This document shows, piece by piece, positions 56,228 through 64,000 of a stretch of 64,000 bases of DNA. Positions within the stretch are counted from its first letter, which is position 1. Each line of letters opens with the position of its first letter. This DNA is from an uncultured Candidatus Saccharibacteria bacterium (GTDB lineage Bacteria > Patescibacteriota > WWE3 > UBA101185 > UBA10185). The DNA lies in assembly GCA_964643995.1 (NCBI GenBank), contig CAZXUJ010000002.1, positions 14,209-78,208 on the forward strand. Direction: 5' to 3'. A model generated the notes under the pieces. It worked only from the letters and a program-made list of their open reading frames with translations. It did no database searches and was not told where the DNA came from. A program made the position numbers and the translations under genes.

Positions 56228-57472
56228 ATGGAAGAATACGTATTTTCAGTATCAGAATATATTGACCTAGTTAACGAAACCTTAAAAACACGAAAAATCA
56301 CAATTCAGGGGGAAATAACGAGCTTTAACTCAAGAGGGGGTGCTGTATTTTTTACAATTGCTGATAAAAATGAGGAGGCGATTCTGGAGTGTGTAATATG
56401 GAAAAGTGTTTTTGACAATTTAGGTATAGAACTGTCCGAAGGGCTTGAAGTAAAAATAACCGGAATAGCTAGTGTATACAAGAAAAACGGAAGGTTTAGA
56501 TTTGTAGCATCGAGCATAGTTCCCATAGGGGAGGGTGCTCTGAGGAAAGCCTTCGAAAACCTAAAACTAAGATTGCAAGAGGCAGGCTACTTTGATCAAG
56601 AAAGAAAAAAAGAAATCCCAGACTATATAACTAACATTGGACTGATAACTGCCCAAGGTAGTGATGCTAAAAAGGACTTTGAAACACATATTGGTAAATT
56701 TGGGTTTCGCCTTTTCTTTTATGATGTCAAGGTTGAGGGCACAAATGCGATAAAAGATATTACCAAAGCCTTCAATTGGTTTAATGAAAATCCTAATAAA
56801 CTCGATGTCATTGTACTAACTAGAGGTGGTGGTAGTTTGGAGAGTCTTATGGCATTCAATAGTGAGGATGTAGCAAAAGCCATTTATAAGTCACGAATTC
56901 CAGTTATTTCGGCTGTAGGACATGAAAATGATGTAACCATCGCAGATATGGTTGCAGACCTAAGAGCATCAACACCTACGCATGCTGGAAAAATAATTTC
57001 TCAACCATACGTTGAAGTGCAAGTAATACTGGCTACAAGCTATTCAAGTATAAAAGCCAGTGTAGAAAACGCTGTTCTACGAAATAAAACTGTTATAAAC
57101 CGAGCGGTTAACGATTTACTGAAATCATTTTCAGCTAGGCTTGAAAATATCAAGTATCGACTAGCCTCCTATCAAAGAGAAGAGGTTATGGCTTTTAAAA
57201 ATGTTCTCGAAAACTTTAAGCAGCTAGAGAATCACCTTGCCAATGCTGTAACAGTGGTCAGTGTAGAGATTACAAAAAAAACTGAGTTTCTGAATTTTAC
57301 TGAAAAATTGTTAGCTACTAATGACCCAAGGCATAAACTAAAACAAGGGTATACAATAACCACAACCAAAAATGGTAATATAATAAAGGCGATCAGTCAG
57401 TTAAGCATGAAAGAAGTATTAGTTACACAGTTTCATGATGGATTCAGTGAATCTGAAGTGACGAAAGTTTAA
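56228..57472 (+). CDS. xseA: exodeoxyribonuclease VII large subunit
   Basis: The N-terminal OB fold (ITIQGEITSFNSRGGAVFFTIAD...LECVIWKS) is followed by the catalytic region ...IVLTRGGGSLESLMAFNSE...VISAVGHENDVTIADMVAD. Confidence 0.8.
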   Translation: MEEYVFSVSEYIDLVNETLKTRKITIQGEITSFNSRGGAVFFTIADKNEEAILECVIWKSVFDNLGIELSEGLEVKITGIASVYKKNGRFRFVASSIVPIGEGALRKAFENLKLRLQEAGYFDQERKKEIPDYITNIGLITAQGSDAKKDFETHIGKFGFRLFFYDVKVEGTNAIKDITKAFNWFNENPNKLDVIVLTRGGGSLESLMAFNSEDVAKAIYKSRIPVISAVGHENDVTIADMVADLRASTPTHAGKIISQPYVEVQVILATSYSSIKASVENAVLRNKTVINRAVNDLLKSFSARLENIKYRLASYQREEVMAFKNVLENFKQLENHLANAVTVVSVEITKKTEFLNFTEKLLATNDPRHKLKQGYTITTTKNGNIIKAISQLSMKEVLVTQFHDGFSESEVTKV

Positions 57473-57477
57473 ATAAA

Positions 57478-57720
57478 ATGACAAAAACAAAAGAAACAAA
57501 TGAGCTAAGAAGTTCGCTAAAAAAACTTGAAGAGCTTACAGAATGGTTTCAAGAGAAAGACATTGATTTAGATGTTGGGCTAAAGAAACTTAAGGAAGGC
57601 ATTGATATCATAAAGTCGTGCCGATCAAAAATAAAAGAAATTGAGAACGAATTTATAGAAATTAAAAAAGATTTGATTGAAGAAAACGAAGAAACTATAA
57701 ACCAGGTCACTTACAATTAA
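57478..57720 (+). CDS. xseB: exodeoxyribonuclease VII small subunit
   Basis: 80 aa helical protein. LEELTEWFQEKDIDLDVGLKKLKEGIDIIKSCRSKIKEIEN matches the XseB pattern. It lies 5 nt downstream of xseA. Confidence 0.7.
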   Translation: MTKTKETNELRSSLKKLEELTEWFQEKDIDLDVGLKKLKEGIDIIKSCRSKIKEIENEFIEIKKDLIEENEETINQVTYN

Positions 57721-59209
57721 GTACGTAAACAACAGGCTCTTTCGCAGTTCCGAATACAGCAATCACCTCCGAACATTTAGATTGAACCTCAGCTAAATGA
57801 TCAATAGATGTAACAGCGAATGTGGTCGCTTCAGTGAACTCCATTTCAGCATCGCGCTTAAAGTAATAATCAAACGAATCAATCCCATAAGGTACCCAAA
57901 CTTTTTGATCCAAAACTATGTTGTTCAGAAACCTACCTGCTTGAGCATAGTACGCACCACTATTGTTGTAGAATTTAATGTCTAGAGCACTAGATATTGG
58001 GTGTGCTCCAAGAAGCGGGGAATAGTATGAGGAGTAAACCGGATAGTACACTGATTTGACGTGCAAAGTTACCAACATGTAACAAATCAAAACAAACCAT
58101 AAAATATCTCCTTTAAGCTTAGACAGGTAAAAGGAAACGAATAAAAGTATTGGGGGCAACATAACTACAATATAACGATCAATCCTTTTTTCTGAAATTG
58201 ACAAACTAATGAAGTAAAGTGCCAAATACAAAAAAATGTATTTCTTGCCTGAGATGTCTCTAAATCTTTCAACTAGAGACAAAGGAAATAAAAACAAGGT
58301 TATTGGAGAAAGTTTTATAACAAATACAACCAGATAAAATAGATATGCTAGCCCGCCTGTTAAAGGGTTAAATCGCACATCTTCTGAGACACCACCAACA
58401 ATACCATTAAAAACTTTTTCAAATACATAAAAAGGATCCACCCAGAGCGCTGGAAACAATATAAAAACAAATAGTAGTGTCAAAACCAGAAAACCTAAAA
58501 TGTTTTTTGCTGTACCCCACCAACCAACACAACGGCATCTGCCAGCAAGTATTAAAAACAAAACAGGAATTATCGCTAGCACACCAACTTTGGAAAGAAT
58601 AGCCAACGCTAAGGCTAGAGCACCAAATATTAGATACTTTACTAAATTAGTTTTTTTCCAAACCAACAGTAGCAACAGAGACGTAAACGCCAGATAAGTC
58701 TCAAGAGAAGTCAGGTGAAACCAACGATCAATACCTACTAGGTAGGGTTCTATGGCTATTGCAAAAGCGTAAAATAGTGAGACACGCTGACCAAACAGCA
58801 TATTTATCAAATAAAGTTGGCAAATAAGTAAGAAGGCAAGAATAAGGACCTGAAAGATCTTTGAATATTGATGAATTGACGTATAGTATGCGGAGTTTTC
58901 TATTGTAACTCCGTGTGATACATCTGTGGAGGAATCGTACGTTTGAATCGCTTGCTTAACAATTGCGTTGGTCCACATTAGTGTCACACCAGGATGATAT
59001 CTTTGGTATGTCTCTTTGAAATCACCAGTCTTTAAAGCTACCAAAAAGTTAGTAGTGCGCCTATGCCAACGAATTGCATCAGAATTCGTGATATCCGTAC
59101 CTAACCCTGGCAGACGCATATACAAAAAAAGGGCTAAAAGTATGGCAACGCCTATTTGATACCTATTTTTATGTAAAAAATTCTTGAGCATCTGATTTAG
59201 AGTATACAT
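57707..59209 (-). CDS. GT-C fold membrane glycosyltransferase (ArnT/PMT-like)
   Basis: 500 aa, ~12 TM helices. An acidic first-loop motif is present (GTDITNSDAIRWHRR). Confidence 0.5.
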   Translation of the reverse strand: MYTLNQMLKNFLHKNRYQIGVAILLALFLYMRLPGLGTDITNSDAIRWHRRTTNFLVALKTGDFKETYQRYHPGVTLMWTNAIVKQAIQTYDSSTDVSHGVTIENSAYYTSIHQYSKIFQVLILAFLLICQLYLINMLFGQRVSLFYAFAIAIEPYLVGIDRWFHLTSLETYLAFTSLLLLLVWKKTNLVKYLIFGALALALAILSKVGVLAIIPVLFLILAGRCRCVGWWGTAKNILGFLVLTLLFVFILFPALWVDPFYVFEKVFNGIVGGVSEDVRFNPLTGGLAYLFYLVVFVIKLSPITLFLFPLSLVERFRDISGKKYIFLYLALYFISLSISEKRIDRYIVVMLPPILLFVSFYLSKLKGDILWFVLICYMLVTLHVKSVYYPVYSSYYSPLLGAHPISSALDIKFYNNSGAYYAQAGRFLNNIVLDQKVWVPYGIDSFDYYFKRDAEMEFTEATTFAVTSIDHLAEVQSKCSEVIAVFGTAKEPVVYVLNCK

Positions 59210-59229
59210 TTTAATATATAATTTAATCC

Positions 59230-60741
59230 ATGAGATTATTGAAGCATTGGCCCTTAGTCATATTACTCACTCTTTGGCTGGGGTTTTCGTTGATGACCTT
59301 TAAGGATTATGGCATAACGTTTGATGAAAATACCGAGTACAAGTGGGGAACTGCACTTTTTGAACATTTCACACATGACACTAAGTTTGCTAATACCATA
59401 GCACCTGTATACGAAGGCGAAGATAAGCATCAAAGACATACTCCAGTACTGAGTCAGTATTACAGACTATATCCTGCCATACTGAGCTACCTGAATGTTA
59501 GACATACTTATGAATTTTTTCATCTGTTGAATATGCTATTCGCTTCGACGCTAATTGTGGGGACGTATTACTTGGTTTACGAGAAAGTGCGCAAACCACT
59601 ATATGCAGCCTGTGGACCTATATTTGTATTTTTGACACCAGCTTTTGTAGGGCATATTCCTGCAAATCCAAAGGACATTCCTTTCGCTGTTATATTCTTT
59701 TTAGGTCTAGTGGCAATATATCTCAGTGAAAAAATTAAAAATGAATACATTAGGATACTTTTTCTGGGTGTCACCTTTGGACTTGTCCAAAGCTTTAGGA
59801 CGATTGGTTTTTCGATTTATATAGTATATATTGCCTATATTTCTTACCTACAGCATTCCGTCAAAAACTTGATAAACAAGATTCTTCCTTTATTACTTAT
59901 GTTTATAGTGGCATGTTTTGTTATGGTTACGACATGGCCATATATGGGAGTTAATTTCATAAACAACTTTGTAAATATTTTCCATACTGCGAAAGAATAC
60001 GAGTTTTGGGATAAGTCATACCTATATCTCGGGCAATATATAACCCCGGAAACAAGGCCATGGCATTATCTTCCTGTTCTAATAGGGTTGACTACGCCAC
60101 TTGGCATACTCGGGTTGGCAGTCGCTGGAATATTACCCTCAAAAGATAAGAAACATGGAGAAATAAAGTTTCTGCTCATTTCAAGTATTGCGATAAATTT
60201 TGCACTTTATCTAATTCTTAAACCAACAATTTATAACGGATTACGTCATTTTCTTTTCCTGCTACCGTTAGTTAGTACTTTGGGAGCACTTACTTTCGTT
60301 GAACTTTTACAAAAAAGAACTGGATTTGCAAAAATTATTGTCGGGGGTGTTGTCCTTAACTTGATAATTGTGGTGGGACAACTCAAGGTACTACATCCAT
60401 ACCAATATATTTATTTCAACGAGTGGGCAAAAACTCCGAGTTGGGCACAAGCGAATTTTGAATATGAGTACTGGGGAGCGAGTTATAAAGAAGCGACACA
60501 ATGGCTAAACCGAAATACAACGGATAATCAGGAACAGACAGTGTACACATGTGCTAACAGCTATGCAGTTGAGTATTATCTTAAAGCAAATTTAAAACGA
60601 CAATCTGAAGCACAGGGAGCTAATTTTGTAATCTGTGATAAGGATAGGGTGGAGAATTTCACTCAATATGAAACGCTGTTTGTAATTTCAAGAAACAATG
60701 TACCACTAAACTACATCCTCACACCAAGCCCCAACAAATGA
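59230..60741 (+). CDS. GT-C fold membrane glycosyltransferase (ArnT/PMT-like)
   Basis: 503 aa. The DE motif KDYGITFDENTEY lies in the first loop. There are about 11 TM helices. Confidence 0.55.
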   Translation: MRLLKHWPLVILLTLWLGFSLMTFKDYGITFDENTEYKWGTALFEHFTHDTKFANTIAPVYEGEDKHQRHTPVLSQYYRLYPAILSYLNVRHTYEFFHLLNMLFASTLIVGTYYLVYEKVRKPLYAACGPIFVFLTPAFVGHIPANPKDIPFAVIFFLGLVAIYLSEKIKNEYIRILFLGVTFGLVQSFRTIGFSIYIVYIAYISYLQHSVKNLINKILPLLLMFIVACFVMVTTWPYMGVNFINNFVNIFHTAKEYEFWDKSYLYLGQYITPETRPWHYLPVLIGLTTPLGILGLAVAGILPSKDKKHGEIKFLLISSIAINFALYLILKPTIYNGLRHFLFLLPLVSTLGALTFVELLQKRTGFAKIIVGGVVLNLIIVVGQLKVLHPYQYIYFNEWAKTPSWAQANFEYEYWGASYKEATQWLNRNTTDNQEQTVYTCANSYAVEYYLKANLKRQSEAQGANFVICDKDRVENFTQYETLFVISRNNVPLNYILTPSPNK

Positions 60742-62433
60742 TTTCTTACCTACCAAATTGTATAATACTGATCGGTACTCAACATTGACCATCAACTCAT
60801 CTAGATTATTTTTTATCTTGGGCAACCCTTGGATCTTTTGGCTATTGTAAACCCGAGGCTTAGAGATAGCATCCGAGAAAACCTCATCAGAACGCGAAAT
60901 CAGACGTGCCCAAGAACTGGTACCCTCTAGAGTGTAATTATCTACAAAACAAACATAATCACTTATCGGATCCCCACTATCTAAACCAGCAAAGTCATTA
61001 TGCGACAACGAGTTCATGTACTTTCCATAGGTACTATCAACATGTATTTGAGTAGTATACCCCGTGGTAGAACGCAATTCTTCTGCTAAAAGCCATCTAA
61101 TTCGAGTTTGAACAATGTACTCCTGAGTTAAGGTAAAGGCCGAGAAAATGAAAAGTAAAACTACTAGGGTGACCGGTAACTTAAAATAATTTCTTTTCAC
61201 TACAGACAAATTTTTTTCAAATGACACACCAATAAATAAAACGAACGGCACTAGTGCTGGAAGCAGATACCGATCGTAAAAATCAGATGAAATCAATATC
61301 GAAGCCAAGAGTAAGACTGAACAAAACAATAGGTATTTCTGACTCAAAGTTGAAGCTTGCTTTTTCTTTATGAAGTTTGAATATACGTAATAGAAAATAT
61401 AGACCAGCCCCAGCGATACTAAGTAAGCTAAAAACAACTTGTAAGGAACGTTATCAAAAACACTAAGAGTAAGCTGAAAATTTGTGCGTGTTAGAAAATT
61501 CTCAACATACAGTACATTTCCCAGAGGAAAAACATCATAGCGATATAAAGTAGCTGCCGGTATTAAACTTATCCCTAAAAGCGCAAGTCTTATTTTGCGA
61601 GTCTCTAAACGCACAAGGTTATAGATGCTCAGAGGCAACAAAAAATATCCTAAATAAGGAAGAATCATCCATAAATTTGCCAAACGTGTGGTAATACGGT
61701 CAGGTGATATCAAACCTTTCAGGACATCGTCTGCACCAGGTTTAACAACTTTTGGCCACAGATACCAAAAATAAAATGTTGTAGAAATGAAAGTTAATCC
61801 CAGCAGAACGTCAAAAGCTAATCTTTTTGTAACTTTTGATTTTAGAAACAGGATGCTATGTGCCTCAGCCAATAAATAAGCAAAAAATAAGGCGACCCCT
61901 ATCTGACGTATAAGAATAGTAAAGCTTGTAAACAAAAGTGCAAAAACTAAGAAACCAAGTTTACGCGAATCAAAATACCTGAGAAAAAAATACATCCCCC
62001 ACAATGCGTAAGCCAAAAAATAAATTTCAGTCATAAATGTAAATGAAGAAAAAAAGATTAAAGGATTAAAACACAAAGTAACAAAAGTAAGAAACTTTAT
62101 AGAATCTGATAACTTGAGTATCCCTAGGACTTTGTACAGGCCAAACATAAAAACGACAAAATGAAAAACAGTTAATCTCCGCAAATCAGAAAAGGCAGAT
62201 CCAAAAATTTCGGCCCATACGAAACCAACTCCGCCTTGAAAAATAAACGATGGGTCAATGAGTTCGCTTAATGGCTTAATACCAACTTGAAATGCATCCA
62301 CCTGTCGTTTAAAGATCCAGTCGTCATTAACTGGGAACTCTCCAGATAGCCCAATAATGAAAACTAACACAAAATAAAGAGCCAGAATTAAAACAAAGGA
62401 ATTTCTTTTGTAAAATCTTATTACTAGGTCCAT
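60706..62433 (-). CDS. GT-C-like polytopic membrane glycosyltransferase paralog
   Basis: 575 aa, >12 TM helices. The DD motif EFPVNDDWIFKRQ lies in the first loop. A C-terminal ~150-aa soluble domain is present. Confidence 0.45.
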   Translation of the reverse strand: MDLVIRFYKRNSFVLILALYFVLVFIIGLSGEFPVNDDWIFKRQVDAFQVGIKPLSELIDPSFIFQGGVGFVWAEIFGSAFSDLRRLTVFHFVVFMFGLYKVLGILKLSDSIKFLTFVTLCFNPLIFFSSFTFMTEIYFLAYALWGMYFFLRYFDSRKLGFLVFALLFTSFTILIRQIGVALFFAYLLAEAHSILFLKSKVTKRLAFDVLLGLTFISTTFYFWYLWPKVVKPGADDVLKGLISPDRITTRLANLWMILPYLGYFLLPLSIYNLVRLETRKIRLALLGISLIPAATLYRYDVFPLGNVLYVENFLTRTNFQLTLSVFDNVPYKLFLAYLVSLGLVYIFYYVYSNFIKKKQASTLSQKYLLFCSVLLLASILISSDFYDRYLLPALVPFVLFIGVSFEKNLSVVKRNYFKLPVTLVVLLFIFSAFTLTQEYIVQTRIRWLLAEELRSTTGYTTQIHVDSTYGKYMNSLSHNDFAGLDSGDPISDYVCFVDNYTLEGTSSWARLISRSDEVFSDAISKPRVYNSQKIQGLPKIKNNLDELMVNVEYRSVLYNLVGKKSFVGAWCEDVV

Positions 62434-62455
62434 ATAATATCTCGTATGGTATTAT

Positions 62456-63085
62456 ATGCGTATGAAGCACGAGTTACCAAAACTTCATTTTGATTATAAT
62501 GATTTTGAACCTTACATTGACGCAAAAACCATGGAAATTCACTATACTAAACACCATCAAGCTTACGTGACAAATCTTAATACTGCACTTGAGAGATACG
62601 ATCAGATACAAGGAATGAATTTGCATGAGGTTAGTGTTGCTGAACTCATTACCAAACTTGATTTAGTACCTGATGATATAAAAACCGCTGTAAGAAACAA
62701 CGGTGGAGGACATCTTAACCATTCAATGTTTTGGAAACTGCTTTCTAAACATCCTACTGCGCCCTCACTAGAATTCAAAAAAATTGTTGATAAATCTTTC
62801 GGTGGATTGGATATCCTAAAAGAAGAATTCACTAAGGTTGCGATGGGCAGATTTGGAAGTGGCTGGGCATGGTTAGTTGTCAAAGAGGGCATTTTAGAAA
62901 CCACGTCCACAGCTAACCAAGACAACCCATTGATGGAAGGTGTAAAACCTGTACTTGGCTTAGACCTATGGGAACATGCTTACTACCTCAACTATCAAAA
63001 TAGACGTGATGACTATGTAAGCAATTGGTGGACTATTGTAAACTGGAAACAAGTGGAGGATAATTTCAACCATGAACTATCTTAA
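62456..63085 (+). CDS. Fe/Mn-family superoxide dismutase
   Basis: [32 protein letters not shown]...[11 protein letters not shown]...GSGWAWLV...[18 protein letters not shown] shows all four metal ligands in context. Metal specificity (Fe versus Mn) cannot be assigned from sequence by eye. Confidence 0.9.
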   Translation: MRMKHELPKLHFDYNDFEPYIDAKTMEIHYTKHHQAYVTNLNTALERYDQIQGMNLHEVSVAELITKLDLVPDDIKTAVRNNGGGHLNHSMFWKLLSKHPTAPSLEFKKIVDKSFGGLDILKEEFTKVAMGRFGSGWAWLVVKEGILETTSTANQDNPLMEGVKPVLGLDLWEHAYYLNYQNRRDDYVSNWWTIVNWKQVEDNFNHELS

Positions 63086-64000
63086 TAAGATTATTGATTG
63101 GATAAAAAGAAACAAACTTACAGCTATTTTGCTTGCAGTACTAGCATATACACTCTACCCACAATTTAATAACGGAATTATGTACAGACGCAATCTTGAT
63201 TATGAGAGAGGATTCATGGGGAATACAGGTATTTCAGCCCCTAGTGCAATGATCGGGTATGATACATCTGACTACAAAATGGCACCGATAGTTGGAGAGG
63301 AAGCTCCTGTCTCAGAAGCCACCAGCAGAATGGTTATTTCTAACTCTCAAATTTCACTTTTAGTAAAAGATATCAGGACGGCTACAGATGAAGTAGAAAA
63401 AAAAGCCAAAGCTTTAGGAGGGTACAGTGTAAGCAAATACACTAACACACCATATGAAGGCGGATCCGGATATATAACTGTTCGCGTACCAGTAGAAAAA
63501 CGGGAAGAACTGGTAGGGTTTCTGCGAGAATCCGGGGTCAGAGTTCTAAGTGAAAATATTGATGCACAGGACATAACCGATCAATATGAGGATCTGGATG
63601 CGCAACTGGCGCAACTTGAAAAAACTATGGCTAGACTACAGATAATTTATGATCAGGCTGTAACCGTACAAGAACTACTAAACGTTCAGAATCAAATTCA
63701 AAATCAACAAAGATCAATAGACAGTGTTAAGGGAAGAATTAAGTCTATGGAAGCTCAGTCCAAAACTACCCTTATCTCTATAAACATGTCTACGGATGAG
63801 CTTGCACTACCATACTCTCCTGGAGCACCTTGGAGACCTGAGGTCACTTTGAAACTTGCTATAAGAGAATTAACCCAAACAATGAGAGATGCTGGAGATT
63901 GGTTGATCTGGGTTGCTGTGTACTCCATTATCTGGGGACCTGCTCTTGTCATATTTCTGGTAGTTAAAGCTGAGGTAAGAAAGTACAAAGTTAAAAATAT
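63072..64000 (+). CDS. DUF4349-like membrane protein (partial; it runs off the window end)
   Basis: Absent from the ORF track because there is no stop in the window. N-terminal TM helix [13 protein letters not shown]. The central domain is ...[26 protein letters not shown].... A coiled coil follows ([15 protein letters not shown]...). A C-terminal TM helix is [22 protein letters not shown]. Confidence 0.4.
   Translation, partial: MNYLNKIIDWIKRNKLTAILLAVLAYTLYPQFNNGIMYRRNLDYERGFMGNTGISAPSAMIGYDTSDYKMAPIVGEEAPVSEATSRMVISNSQISLLVKDIRTATDEVEKKAKALGGYSVSKYTNTPYEGGSGYITVRVPVEKREELVGFLRESGVRVLSENIDAQDITDQYEDLDAQLAQLEKTMARLQIIYDQAVTVQELLNVQNQIQNQQRSIDSVKGRIKSMEAQSKTTLISINMSTDELALPYSPGAPWRPEVTLKLAIRELTQTMRDAGDWLIWVAVYSIIWGPALVIFLVVKAEVRKYKVKN

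Noticed and set aside
62434-62455. ATAATA...TATTAT inverted repeat upstream of the SOD gene as a Fur/PerR box
   Set aside because: It is only a 6-bp AT-only arm with a 10-bp spacer and no match to the Fur (GATAATGATAATCATTATC) or PerR consensus. It is more likely just the -10 region.
1-64000. CRISPR arrays or other interspersed direct-repeat arrays
   Set aside because: No regularly spaced 25-40-bp repeats were seen. The only tandem repeats are the 36-bp x2 linker repeat (19225-19296) and an 11-bp duplication gttctgtttca x2 at 1347-1368.
1-64000. Alternative genetic code (UGA=Gly, code 25) as in some CPR lineages
   Set aside because: Long ORFs such as copA, typA and the 765-aa surface protein are uninterrupted under the standard code. 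In-frame TGA is not needed to extend any gene.

Overview
This is a low-GC bacterial window with standard code 11: long ORFs are not broken by TGA. Genes are short and densely packed, and many starts and stops overlap. The mix of several paralogous GT-C membrane glycosyltransferases, an ELP3-like radical-SAM/GNAT protein, a small T4SS-pilin-like protein, a type IV pilin and a sortase remnant is compatible with a Patescibacteria/CPR-like or similar small-genome bacterium, but the taxonomy is only a guess.

The first ~8.7 kb is a degraded accessory island. An intact IS3-family element at ~117-1283 carries orfA/orfB and an A8G -1 frameshift site. A truncated second copy sits at 8197-8720. Between and beside them are gene fragments: an alpha/beta-hydrolase piece, a RhuM-like N-terminal piece, an HD-domain C-terminal piece and a frameshifted paralog. 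The island also holds higher-GC orphan ORFs and a small tandem module of a wHTH-NUDIX fusion protein followed by nucleoside 2-deoxyribosyltransferase-like proteins.

The rest looks like core chromosome:
- Housekeeping genes: GH5 glycosidase, dUTPase, GNATs, TypA/BipA, DEAD-box helicase, YjbQ, SulP, SIMPL, an RRM RNA-binding protein with a clear promoter and terminator, M20 peptidase, RecD-like helicase, XseAB, Fe/Mn SOD, ELP3-like protein, a SAM methyltransferase, a PAS histidine kinase and VKOR.
- A convergent pair of a fused tandem ATP-grasp ligase (710 aa) and an AsnRS/AsnA-like class II aaRS-core protein. The aaRS-like gene has an attenuator-like leader.
- A three-gene operon of unknown function at 16.0-19.0 kb. 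Its first product ends in an OmpR/PhoB-type winged helix.
- A complete copper operon: csoR, an HMA/CcdA-like/cupredoxin membrane protein, and copA. A C6-A-G6 operator-like palindrome sits at the csoR 5' end.
- A surface-protein locus containing a 765-aa Cys/Ser/Thr-rich secreted protein.
- A cluster of GT-C and GT2 glycosyltransferases.

No CRISPR array, rRNA or tRNA was found. The unknown three-gene operon, the ATP-grasp/aaRS-like pair and the nucleotide-hydrolase module inside the IS-bounded island are the best candidates for undescribed biology. All functional calls rest on motif recognition by eye.
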